From assembly GCA_036867785.1 (NCBI GenBank), contig CP145409.1, positions 434,001 to 498,000 on the forward strand: a stretch of DNA of 64,000 bases, given 5' to 3'. The stretch is from Plasmodiophora brassicae. Lineage: Eukaryota. The first letter of the stretch is position 1. Every line of letters starts with the position of its first letter. A program made the position numbers and the translations under genes. This document shows, piece by piece, positions 25,458 through 36,677 of this stretch. The notes under the pieces were generated by a model, which saw only the letters and a list, made by a program, of their open reading frames with translations, was not told the DNA's origin and did no database searches.

Positions 25458-27424
25458 TAGGGGTCGGCGCGGTTTGGTTTGGTTTGGTTTGGTTTTTTGA
25501 GGGCCGAACCGAACTAAACCAAACCAAACTATATGTAGGGGCTACAAACCGGAACCAAACTACACCAGACCTCCGGAACCGAAACCAAACCAACAAACCG
25601 TGGAAACCGTGGTTTATGTGAGTCACGACAATGTGTGGCGTATAGAGGCTCCTACTCCAACTCCTTCAGAAGAAGGTCGATGACATCATCATTGTCGGCG
25701 AGGTCGCGTTGCTGATCGGCATCCAGCTTATCCATCCTCGCACGAAACGCTGCGTTCAGGTCGTCAGGAACCGCAACCTTGAGCTTTCGGAAGAGGTCCA
25801 GCCACGACCGGCAACACATTTCTGCTTTGAACATCGGACTCGCCAGTGACTCGCGTCCATCGTAAGCGCGTCCGGCTGCGCTGTTGGCGCGCTCAGAAGG
25901 AATGGACGTTGCCGGAATGGCAAGATAGTCCATTGCCATGGCATACAATCGCCTATACTTCTTGCGGTTGCTGTGCCACCAGCTGATGACGTCCGCTTGA
26001 CGTGGCTGCAACAGTTCCTTGTCAATCCCTTCCAACGAAGTTCTAAACATGGAATGTCAGTGACACGAAGAAGTACCGAAATTAATAGGCTACGTACGCT
26101 TCGGCACTATAGCCGCCATCATTCCATAAGTCGTCATCCGTGTCAGCTTCAGCAGGCGGTTCCTCTTCAGCGTCAGATAGAGCGCTGTACGTCAGCAGGT
26201 CCAGTTTGACGATCAGAGTTTTTGTCTTGGTGAGTAAAGGCCCTTCAGTCTTCGCATTGCGGGGGTCGAGGAACATGGACACAAGCGCAGCGTCCGAATT
26301 CAGATGCGGCTCATACTTCCGATGGTAGTCGAGAATGCTCGGTATCGCGTCGCGCATCACGTTGTCGCGTTCACACGTTTCGAGGAACTGTCGGCAGTGA
26401 GAGATCATCTTTTCATTAGCCCGGACAGCCACAGACAGTGTTGGGTACGAGTCTCCGCCGAGAAAGGTGGTAAGCCTCGCTGGCAATGAGGATCCCTCGT
26501 TTGATCGTGCGAGCGGATTTCGGTTCGAAACCGGGGCACAGCGTGCGAGAATACTCGCGGAAGGAGTCCTCTTCAGAGAGTGTATGAACGTCACCACGAC
26601 GGATGACATACATGACGACAGCAGCATCGTTTATCGCCACACGATGCGACGGCAAGGTTGTCGAAGTGATCAGCGTCTGACGAGAAGTGGTCTTGACATG
26701 ACCCTCGGTGTTACCGTGCTTCTGCTTCAGATGTTTCAAAATCGTACCAGTGGACGAAGACATGGACCAAGTCAGTCCACAATGCTTGCATTGGCGCCTC
26801 GTCCCATCATCCGATTCAAACCAATGGCATTGGTGCCATTTCTCCTGTGGAAGCGAGCGACGGCGCTTCCGCGATTGAACGACGGTGCCGGATTCGACAA
26901 CTGCAGCGACGACGGTGGCGCTTTGGATTGCTTCGGAGCTGCCACGAGCAGCGGAAGAAACGGTCAGGGCGGTCTCAGAGCGAATGCTGGGGGGAACAAA
27001 CTCGACCCGAGTCTCGGACGATGACGATGAATCGTGGACGCTGATGCTTTCTCCATCTAGGCGATGACCAGGCATGACAGAGTCGAGAACAGAGCCTCCT
27101 ACACTTCGAAACTCTCCGAGCGCGATACAGAGAGGGCGTGCGGCGGTGCGGCTGAGGCTACGGCCTACGGGCTACCGTGCGTACAGCGCGCTCGCGGTTC
27201 GGGATTCCTGTATTACTAGCGCATCTGTCATAATTATACAGCCACCCAGTGCGAACCACGGTTCAAACCGGTTCCACCGGAACCAAACCGGTTTGAACCG
27301 GTTTGGGCTGACCTCGAACTAAACCAAACCAAACTAAACCAATTGGGTCTACCTGGAACCAAAACCGCGCAGTTTCGGTTTGGTTCACGGTTTCTGGTTC
27401 GAAACCAAACCGCGCCGACCCCTA
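25458..27424 (-). mobile_element. hAT-superfamily DNA transposon, internally deleted (non-autonomous, Ds-like), 1967 bp
   Basis: 23-bp perfect TIRs TAGGGGTCGGCGCGGTTTGGTTT (25458-25480) / AAACCAAACCGCGCCGACCCCTA (27402-27424). Perfect 8-bp TSD CGGGGAAC (25450-25457 and 27425-27432). Clustered AAACC/GGTTT subterminal repeats at both ends. Confidence 0.95.
25652..27075 (-). pseudogene. hAT transposase with catalytic core deleted
   Basis: BED Zn finger (W..W..CKHCG..STGTILKHLKQKH) runs into a frame change at ~26475-26490, then LGGDSYPTLS..FLDPR and the C-terminal dimerisation domain WWHSNRKKYRRLYAMAMDYLAIPATSIPSERANSAAG; intron ~26043-26096. The first two catalytic Asp, CxxH and RW motifs are absent. 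Confidence 0.9.
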
Positions 27425-27465
27425 CGGGGAACCCTCTACAGTCTGCAGTTGGCACCCTGCGAGCC

Positions 27466-28386
27466 ATGTCGTCAGGTGTTGATACTTGATAGTCTTTCCG
27501 AAGACATCCGCCGCCCGAGCAAACGGATGAGGGATGACGGGGCATCGTTCCAGTCTGATCATGAGCCTCAGTACGGCATGAAGCCATCCGCGTATGGGCC
27601 GCGTGGTGTGGTCACCTGGCCAAGTGCATGTTCAGCGTTTCGTTCGGGCGCCAGGGGCAGCGACCGACTACCACCGCGTACAAGGTCGAGAAAGACTTCC
27701 TCCCGCGTTTCGCGCTGGGTCTGCAACCGGTGAAGTCACGTCCTGCACCCAGCTCGGCTGGGTTTCTGAGGATAACGTCGCCCGCCATGTCCGAATCACG
27801 TGCGCTGTCGGTTTTTCACAACATTTTCTCAATCCTGTCCGATGAATCGGTCTGGGCGTTCTTGTTGGCGCTCGACGGTCCACGTGCAAAGGCACGCCTT
27901 ATATCGACGTGCGCGTTCGCTGCTTCTTTCACGGTCGCTTGCTCAATCTTCATGTCATGGCTGTTCGTTTCTACCAAAGCCTCATCGGTCTGGCCATGTT
28001 CAACATGGTCCGCAAACTCTTTAATGTTCTTTGTCGCGGTTGGGAGAACAAGTTGCTAGCATGTTCTACCGACAGCGCTGCGAACATTACTGGGCACATC
28101 TTCGGTGTCGTAACGCGCCTGAGTCAGGTCGCCAAGCCTGAATTTATCCGGGTCTGGTGCGCCTTGCATCAGATCGTCCTTGTGATGCAGGCTGCATATT
28201 GTTTCGCTTGATAACGGGGCATTCTTCTCCAGTTTGACGAAGACGATAGCCTATCTGCATCAGCCGTCTGTGTCTGTCAGACTGGGCAAAGCTCGTCCTT
28301 CATTGTCCAAGACGCGCTGGGCGTCGATGTTCAACGTCACCAAATTCTTTCTCGACAACGTGACGGAGATCGTTGCGTTGCTGTAC
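27466..28386 (+). pseudogene. Second, decayed hAT-like transposase (different family), frameshifted and 3'-truncated
   Basis: Across frameshifts and stops: WAFLLALDG(S)T..YIDVRVR (first Asp), LLACSTDSAANITG..GVVTRL (second Asp), RVWCALHQ (CxxH), SKTRWASM (RW motif). Confidence 0.8.
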
Positions 28387-28531
28387 ATCTTAATTTCATC
28401 GGGTTTATCGTACAGCAACGCAACGATCTCCGTCACGTTGTCGAGAAAGAATTTGGTGACGTTGAACATCGACGCCCAGCGCGTCTTGGACAATGAAGGA
28501 CAAGCTTTGCCCAGTCTGACAGACACGACGG
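28264..28531. repeat. ~122-bp near-perfect inverted duplication of transposase sequence, 23-nt loop
   Basis: Arms 28264-28386 and 28410-28531 are reverse complements with one substitution and one 1-nt indel. The ORF track shows the same peptide SLSKTRWASMFNVTKFFLDNVTEIVALLY on both strands. Confidence 0.95.
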
Positions 28532-28729
28532 CGCACGGTCCTGCGAGGACTTGGAGGGCCAAACTTATTCAGGCCTGTGCGCGTTCGTCGGTGGCCTTGC
28601 GTCCGTCTTCGCGAATACGTCAGTCGTGGCATCGGACTTCTCTATACGGTACTTACGATAAGAAAACTGACGAGCGTGCACCTTGTCTCACGGATTTCTC
28701 CTTGGAGGGATCCCTGCAGGTCAAACAGT

Positions 28730-29827
28730 TCACGCGTGGAGGCGACAAGCGGACGAGGATTCGGAAGACTCGTCCTCATCTAGCAGTGATGATGATATTG
28801 ATGAAGTTGTCACGGCCGGCTTGTTGCTCAGGGAGCAGATGCTCAACCAGCGGCCAAAGGTGGCTGTCAAGCGCGGTTGGGCGGCTCTCGACGTGGACGG
28901 GCGCCGAACAAAAACCGCCGGCGACTGTTGTATGTCCAGTTACTCTTCGATGATTACTGGGGCCCTGATCCGGTTTATGATGCCAATCATTTTCGACGGA
29001 CGTTCCCAATGCCGAGGGCGCTTTTCGATGAGATTCACGAACGCGTGACGCGGTTCGATGAATACTTCCTGCAGAACAAGGATGCTCTTGGGGTAAGGAC
29101 CGTTCTGCTCTACCTATACGTTGCGTTTATACCGAATCTTCCTTAGGTTCCAGGGTTTACATCCTTGCAGAAAGTCGTCTGCGCGTTACGCATGCTCATA
29201 TCAGGTGATTCAGCACACGAGCTGGACGATAAGTTCAGACTCGCCGAGTCTACCGCTATCGAGAACCTTCATCGCTTCTGCACTGCCATCATCGATATAT
29301 ATGGGGACGAGGCGATACGGTCTCCATCCGTCGACGACCTGGACCATCTGCTCGACGAAGGGTGGAAAGCTGGATGGCCCGGCTGTATCGGATCGCTGGA
29401 TTGCCTGCTCGTCAAATGGAAGAATCGTCGAATCGATGCCATGCTTTCGCTCGAAGTCAATAATGAGATTGTGGAGGATCACGCAAGTCTTGACAACGGC
29501 TGTTCCACATCCTAACAATTCCGATGAAACTCTGGCATCGAGCTGCGCTGTGGCCTATGTGTCGTTGTCAAGACTTGCGTGATCCTCCACAATCCCATTA
29601 TTGACTTCGAGCGAAAGCATGGCATCGATTCGACGTACATCGAAGGTTCTGAGTACGTTCCTGAACATCCATTTGTCGTTGTTCCTGCCAAGGACGAGGA
29701 GCTATCGCCCGATGCAAAGCTTGTTAATATGTCACGGATCCACAACCGTTCTATGCATCCCCGGCTCAAGGCAGACCTCGTGGAACACCTACGGTCAATG
29801 TTTGGCGGTGCCGACGACAGCAGCTAG
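28730..29827 (+). pseudogene. PIF/Harbinger (Plant_tran-like) DDE transposase, internally deleted and rearranged
   Basis: GGSRRGRAPNKNRRR..DYWGPDPVY..FRRTFPMPRALF; intron 29093-29146 joins DALG|VPGFTSLQKVVCALRML; GWPGCIGSLDC (first Asp); jumps to KTCVILHN..RLKADLVEHL. The second Asp and Glu region is missing. Confidence 0.85.
29426..29635. repeat. 73-bp inverted duplication within the Harbinger transposase, 64-nt spacer
   Basis: Arms 29426-29498 and 29563-29635 are reverse complements with one mismatch; VVKTCVILHNxIIDFERKHGIDST reads on both strands. Confidence 0.95.
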
Positions 29828-29891
29828 CTGGAACCTGTATTCTTCAAGTAACAGGCCAATAAACAGTTTACATTATTGCGAACTTGCTGTA

Positions 29892-30115
29892 TTAATGGCG
29901 TTCCTCCAATTGAGCGAGTTCGTTTCGCTTTTTGGCCACTTCAAGGCGCGCCTCCAGAAGTGCTTGCTCACGCTGGAGACGAATGAACTCGGACCGCTCT
30001 TGGTCATCTTCCGTGAACAACGACGTGAGAAACTTATTGCCGCGTACGCCTTCGCGATCATGAGGTCCTCCCCTGGAGTAAAATTCTTCGCCCCCTCCCT
30101 TTTGCCACGTCGCAC
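29892..30115 (-). pseudogene. Harbinger accessory Myb/SANT-like protein remnant
   Basis: GAKNFTPGEDLMIAKAYAAIS (Myb-like first helix) joined out of frame to a coiled C-terminus EDDQERSEFIRLQREQALLEARLEVAKKRNELAQLEERH*. Confidence 0.65.
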
Positions 30116-30687
30116 GGGCGTTGAGGTGCAGCAGCTGGAGGAGAATGGGCGTGTCCAGACCCAGAAGTATCGGTAGCAGGACTAGAAGGACCGTTACGAA
30201 CGCTTGTCTCGACGAGCCCCATCATCGTCTCGACCGATCAATAGACAACAGAATCGCCACAGGTCTGAATTAGATCTGTGCCGGAAGTGACGAACTCACT
30301 AAATCTGGTACTAGGTAACGATAAAGGTTTCTGGCTCGGTTGGTGTAACTGACTGCAAGCTGAATCGTCAGATCTGACGATAACGATATCGAAAACGGCT
30401 CCGCGGTAGAGATGCTCTTAGGGAACTTTCATTGGAATGACATGGGTCTATTTATGGCATGAAGTAACCAAGAGGCCTGGTCCGGGACTGGGAGGACCGG
30501 GACCGGAAGGACGGATGGGTCCTTGGGCGCTGCGGCTGTTGCTGCCGCAGATTCTCCGAAAAAGTTTCGAGCAGCTGTTCACGCTTTTTTGTGCTCTGGC
30601 ACTGCCTGAACCTGATCGGTCGTTTGACTTGCGACTGTGGCCAGGGAATGCTGTCAGTAGATTTGTCAGCTTGACGTCGGCCGCATT

Positions 30688-33600
30688 ATGGACTGGACGG
30701 ATTTCATTGACTTCCCATGGACGCCGCTATCGTCTGCCCAGATCACGTTCGACCACTCGACACCAATTACGTCGGCGGCGTTCAGCCCGACGCATGAGGT
30801 CGTCTGGTTCGGTGACGAGACCGGCCGTATCTCTTGTCACGATATCCCAGAACTAAACTCTTACTCGGCTGCGTTTGTTTCCCCTGGAGGTAATATACCA
30901 TGGAGAAGTGTGTTTGTGTTCAAACCAGTAATTCATCTGGAAATCAATGCCAACAGGACCGATTAGGGGGCTGATTGCTGACGCGATTGGGGTGACAAGT
31001 ATAGCGTCAGATGGCGTCTATTATAACACGATGGGCTGTCATTCGCGATCGTCATGTCTGATGCCTGCTGTTGTGGGCGCGGCGACGTCGCACTTGCAGC
31101 ATTCCCATACCGGTCAACAGTCCCTGTTGATTGGCACAGACCACGGCGTGCTGGTGACGTACAACTATGCCAACAACCGCATTGATCAACTGGTGGGATG
31201 CGACGTATCGCATCTGCTGTAATGGAACTCTAATACGTTTATCGTCGCAGAACATTAGTCCAACTGCTCCCGTACATCGTTTGGTCATGTCGGGTGACTC
31301 TCGTGCTCTCTGCATCGGCCTGTCGACTGGGTCCGTTGATCTGCGTGATCCGCGAACGTTCGAGAGAGTTCACACCGTCGTTGCGCATCAAGGCGCCCTG
31401 GCTGACCTCGCTTCTTATCAGAACCTGCTTATCACGGCTGGGTACTCCAGAAGGTGTGTGGTGACGATATTTGACTTTCACAATCTTCCTAATTGTTGAC
31501 ATTAATGGTTTCGTAGAGGAATGTATGAATTCGTTCCTGATGCGACGCTCAAGGTATACGACCTTCGGACGTTCAGGGAGCTATCGCCCGTCCCGGCACC
31601 TGTTCCCATTACGACTTTGCACTGGATCGATCAAGTTTCCGGGTCGACGCTCCTTGCCGTATCACAGTCCTCTCGAACTGTTCAGCTGATCGACGCAAAT
31701 GATCTGTCGACGCCGGCGCCAGCTTTCCCTGTATCCCACCCGCACCTCATTACTTACATGGTCTTAACCTCTAACATCGGTTTCCCAGATGGATTGCGGC
31801 TCGGATATAACCGTCGTGGCAACCGGCCTGTCAGGTGGTATTGTATTTGGCCACACTGATGGCTCAGCAACACTGTGGAACGATATCGATGACGACGATG
31901 AGCAATTTCACACATCGGCCTACGGTCAGGAGCCGGAGCCAGCGCTGGAACCGGGTCACGATTGCTCGATTACGCTAGACTTCGAGGAAGGATCGCTTTC
32001 CGCGGTGGGAGACGTCCCTGATTGCGCTGAAGCCCTGCTGTCCACATGGGATCACGAAATCACGAAGAACAAAGTCACTCTGGACATGTATCCCGTTGAT
32101 GTACGGGAGATCCCCGGGTTGATTTGGAAGGACGGTCTGGGTATCGCCCCGGTCCCAACCAAACGGGCGTTTAAGCGGAACCATATCGCGTCTATCCGGC
32201 AATTCACAACGGCTCATCGTGCGCGACGTCGCCGGGTCCAAGCAGGGTTGCCTAAACTGCCGCTCCCTGGAGATATGCCAGATTCAAAGTCCCTTGTTGA
32301 GAAGGTCGGTACATTTGCAGTGGCGACTTTATGATTGGTGAACTCACCTGCCTCCGATAGGGTTATGCCCGCGCGGTTGTCAAGAGCGGCCGACTGGGCA
32401 CAAACGACTTCAATTTCTCATCCCATAATCACACATCGTATTGCGGCCTCGACAATTTGTTCCCGAACTCTTACTGCAATTCCGCGTTTCAGGTGCGGTT
32501 AGCGTTAGCATGTCACGGGATGGTGTTTGACGATGCCCTTTGTCAGGCCCTGTTCTTTATCGTTCCCGTCCGAGTGCACATGATGAACCATGTTTGTGAT
32601 CGTGAAATATGTCTAATGTATAATATGGGCAATGTTTCCATTCGACTCAATTGCTCACCATGAACAGGTGTGAGCTCGGTTTCCTGTTCCACATGATGGC
32701 GAACCAGAAGGAGCGTCCAGTTGAACCTCGAAACGTGCTTCGGGTTGTCAAATTGGTAACACATAGACATGTTCGGGATGTCAATCCGAATTGAGGCGTC
32801 GCCTCAGATTCCTGAGGCCACAGCTTTAAATCTACTAGACACAGCTGACCCGTCAGCGGATTCGTCGATATCTGTGCGCATACAGCACTTTTTCGCTTTT
32901 GTCCTTGAATATCTCAGCAAGGAAGGCGAACAGAATGTATGGCGAATACTTTCTGTACATGTTTGGAATGTTTATGAAATACGTCTTGCAGCCTGGCGCA
33001 CCATCATCTTTAATCAAATTCGTATTCGGCTCCGAGGTGTCGCATGCCATTGAGTGTCTTGGCACCGATAGCCACGTTAGCCGCAGGTCATCAACTCTGT
33101 TTCAGGTAAGCTGCCCGTGCCAACGTGTCGATATGTCTAGTTGTCTAAACGGCGGCTCTCTCAGATCAAACTTGTGTATCCGCCTAGTGGCAGAGCAACA
33201 TTCGAATCGGTGCTTGTTGAGAGCCTGTGGCAGAGTTACCAGATGCGGGTCTGGTGCTCTCACTGCAACGCGTATACACCCAATAAGATAGTCAAATGCA
33301 TCCATCGTCTTCCCAATGCACTGGTTCTTGCGGCACACATCAAGTATGCATCCCGTTTGCGTTGCATCTACCCGACTAATTACCTGGCTTTGTCCTACAG
33401 AACAGAGCAGGATCTCGCGCATTGGCGACCGCCGCCGAAGAGTAACGTCGGCAGCGAGCCTGTGTCTGACGCACCTTGGCTTCCTTCATCAATTCTCCTC
33501 GACATCAAAACATCGGATGGTAAACCTGCAGTGCAACGAGGTACGCGTGCTATAACTGGTAATGCACGCCCTGATTATTGTTGTTTCTGAGCAGTCGGCG

Positions 33601-35059
33601 ACGACGTCGAAGATGACATCAGCGAATCCCGCGCTGTATATGATCTCGCTGTTGTTATCGCTCAAGTGCTGGACACGGCCCCGCCCGAGAAAGGATCGGT
33701 GCTCAGCGGCTACAGCGAGGAACATCTTGTGGCTCATATCCGAACTGACGACAACGAATGGGTCCTCTTTAACGATTTCGCACTCAATCCATCCACTCTG
33801 CAAGAAGCAGTGAACTTCTCGTATATCTGGAAGCATGTACGTTTGTTCGGGGCCGCCGTTTCGTCGACGATATTGCACAGGTTGATGTTGATCCTCTATA
33901 GCCCTGCCTGGTCATATATCGCCGCCGGTCGTTTGACACCCGAGTAACTAGGGAACGGATTCAGTGCCCAACCCAGGACTTTGACATATGGAGTAATCCT
34001 AGTCCCAGGGTAATGCTGATAGGCGAGTATGCCCTGATCGGTTGCAATCCAACATTGCTGTCAGGTCCCGTCTTTCGCGCGACGCACGCCACTAACTTTC
34101 ACACGGCTGGGACCAAACGAGCGCCTCGGGAAGGTGAGCTATCGAACCGTTTACTGCCAACCGCTGATCCAATGAGCAGGGAACTCTTGTCGCTATCGAT
34201 TGCGAGTTCGTATCTGTCGAGAAGGAGGAAGTCGAGATCCAAGACGGTAACCGTGTCGTGACACGACCAAACCGACTGTCACTTGCTCGTGTTTCTGTCC
34301 TACGAGGAGAAGGCGACATGGCTTGTAAGAATCCGGGCATCCCTTTTGGACGTAACCCACAAGGTTTCTTGCAGGTGAACCTTTCATCGATTACTATATC
34401 CAGTCGAGAGAGACCATTGTGGATTATTTAACGGAATTCAGCGGTACGTACCAGAGAAGCGGACGTGTTGTTTGGTCCCTGACGAACCTGTGGATCCCTA
34501 GGTGTTCATCCAGGAGACCTTGATCCCAGGTGACTCGTGTTAGCCAATAGGAAGTATTGCTCTTAGTCGCGTCATGGACAGCGTGTCAGCGAAGCACTTG
34601 ACAACACTGAAGCGGACGTACATCGTGCTCCGGTCGCTTGTCGATAAAGGTGTCTGCTTTATCGGGCACGGGCTCAAGAAAGACTTCCAGGTTTGATCCA
34701 CCTCCCGGCATTGATCCTTTGTAGAACATCATTCATGCGTGCGCAGATTATCAACCTTTACGTACCAAGTTCCCAGGTTAAAGACACTGTCGAACTGTTC
34801 TGGATCCAAGGCCGACGGTACCTGTCATTACGATTCCTCGCGCAGCACGTTCTGGGCATCCAAGTCCAGAAATCGCATCATGACTCCATCGAAGATGCTC
34901 GTACTGCCCTTTTACTCTACCGGTAATCGCATTCGTCATCGGTATACCTTGCTGCTCTAAACGGCGCACAGGAAATACAACGAGCTTGCCGCGGACGGGA
35001 CGATAGCCACAGTGATCCAAAAGCTGTACGATGCTGGCATGCAGTCTGGTTTCAAATGA
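30688..35059 (+). CDS. PAN2: PAN2 poly(A) nuclease catalytic subunit, multi-exon
   Basis: WD40 N-terminus ([14 protein letters not shown]), pseudo-USP domain ([30 protein letters not shown]), DEDDh nuclease ([44 protein letters not shown]). Confidence 0.93.
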
Positions 35060-35353
35060 AGTCCTATGACAAAGGCATCTTTGGACCCGGGTCATCTAGG
35101 GAAAACAAATGGCCAACTGTCGGAAACGCTGAAGCATCACTCTTGAGTTTCGAGTGATGGATGAGGCCGGCTGAAGATCGTGACATCACGCAGGAGGTCG
35201 CCTGCGAAGGGGGTATACGCTGCAGCTGGGGCGCACTGGGCGCGCGGGGGCCGGGCCCTTCGACGTGCGCGACGCAAAAAAATGGTCTGTTTTTGGGGCG
35301 GAATATTTGGGCGACTTTGAGCCGTCTCTGTCGTCGCCGCCGCGGTCGGCACC

Positions 35354-36615
35354 ATGGAAGACGACGGTATCAGTTCCCGGCGCGCCAGTCGTGGCGTTGG
35401 CATTGCAGATCGCGAGAACATGCGTCCTATGCCGGATATATCTCGCCTGGTGTTCAACGAGCTGCCGCTGCCGACTTCGAGCCCCGTCCGTGCCTGGGCC
35501 CAATCGGTTACGGTGAAGCCGTTCCACGACGGTGTGGGTCTCGCTCGTCGACGACACGTGCTCGCATTGTCCGAATCCCAACTCTTTCGTGACTCGTTAG
35601 GATAGACGGAGAGCGGACGAAGATGAACGATACTCAACTCGCTACGCTGAGCTGTCAGGTAGCGAAACAATGAACCTGTAGGCCTGATCCGTCCCTAATT
35701 GTGGGTGCAGAATGGCAAACACAGCTGGAGGCATGGAAGCAGCGCATTGCTAACACGTACGAACAACGGAACCGGGAGCTGAAAGCCAGAGAACAAGCTC
35801 ACCGGGAGGAGGTTCGAATGCGTGATGCCGAGCTGCGTTCCCAGAAGGAGAAACTCGTTGACGAGCGCGACGCCCTTCGAGCCGACAAGGCCAAACTCGT
35901 CGAGCAGCGCTACATGACAAACTACCGTGCCGAGAAGCTGAAGGAGGCAGAGGCGCGCATTGCCGAACGCGAACGCCAATTCTCGGCTACCGAGAGCGCT
36001 CTCGAGGAGCGCTCCAGGCGGTTGGATGAGCGGGAGGCGCGCGTTGCCACACGCGAGGTTGATGTTGCGCTGAGAGAAACGGCCGCGATTGAGACCGAAA
36101 ACGCTGCTGCGTCCACAATGGCTAGCGCGCGGAAGCGCGAATCGGACCTGAACGACCGAGAAGCGCAACTGGAATGCCGCGAAAGGGAGGCCCGCGAGAT
36201 CGTCAGAGACTACGAGGGCAAGCTGGCCGGCCTCGTCGAAAGGGAGGAGGATCTCCGCCGACAGAGGGCCATATGCGAGGAACGCAATCGCCAAGTAGAC
36301 GACTTGGTGGCGCAGCTGGACGACCGCCTATCAGAAATCGCGGGCAGGGAGGCGGAAGTCGTCGCGCGCAACGAAGAACTCGACCGGTCGCTCGAGGAGG
36401 CTGACACCGACCTGAACGAACGGGAACGAGAACTGTCCAGGAGGGTCGCCACTCTGGAGGAGAAGGCGGCCGCCCAGGATGTACTGGCCAGAAGGCTGGC
36501 GAAGTGGAGCGAGGAGCTCCAGCTCCAGAGCGAGAAGATCGCCGCCCGCGAGACCGACGTGCAAAGTCGGGAAGCGCGCCTAGCCAGATATCTGTCGTCA
36601 TACGACGAATCATGA
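35354..36615 (+). CDS. Long E/R-rich coiled-coil protein, multi-exon
   Basis: ORF 35701-36615 is a continuous heptad-like E/R/A/L-rich sequence with strong GC3 bias. Upstream exons inferred from ATG 35354 and GT-AG sites. Confidence 0.7.
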
Positions 36616-36677
36616 GAGCGTAAACCTATCGTATCGGTTATACTAATATGGACCTATTTCACTGAGTTGCGCCAAAT

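Larger units (their letters stand above)
28730..30417. mobile_element. PIF/Harbinger transposon remnant (convergent transposase and Myb/SANT-like ORF; right end only)
   Basis: Two-ORF convergent organisation. Candidate right TIR TAGAGATGCTC (30407-30417) followed by TTA resembles PIF/Tourist ends. No matching left TIR found. Confidence 0.75.

Noticed and set aside
25471-25620. GGTTT runs as telomeric or satellite repeats
   Set aside because: They lie inside the hAT termini and are mirrored at the other end, so they are subterminal repeats.
25652-28386. Split transposase, with element 1 (BED + C-terminus) complemented by element 2 (catalytic middle)
   Set aside because: They are different hAT families on opposite strands, and element 2 has frameshifts and stops.
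30472-30526. GGACC/GGGAC short repeats loosely similar to 25176-25199, as boundaries of a larger composite element
   Set aside because: The similarity is too weak, is in direct orientation, and has no TSD.
32440-33900. Active USP deubiquitinase domain in PAN2
   Set aside because: The PAN2 USP-like domain is an established pseudo-enzyme, and the Cys-box position here reads PNSYCN as in other PAN2 proteins.
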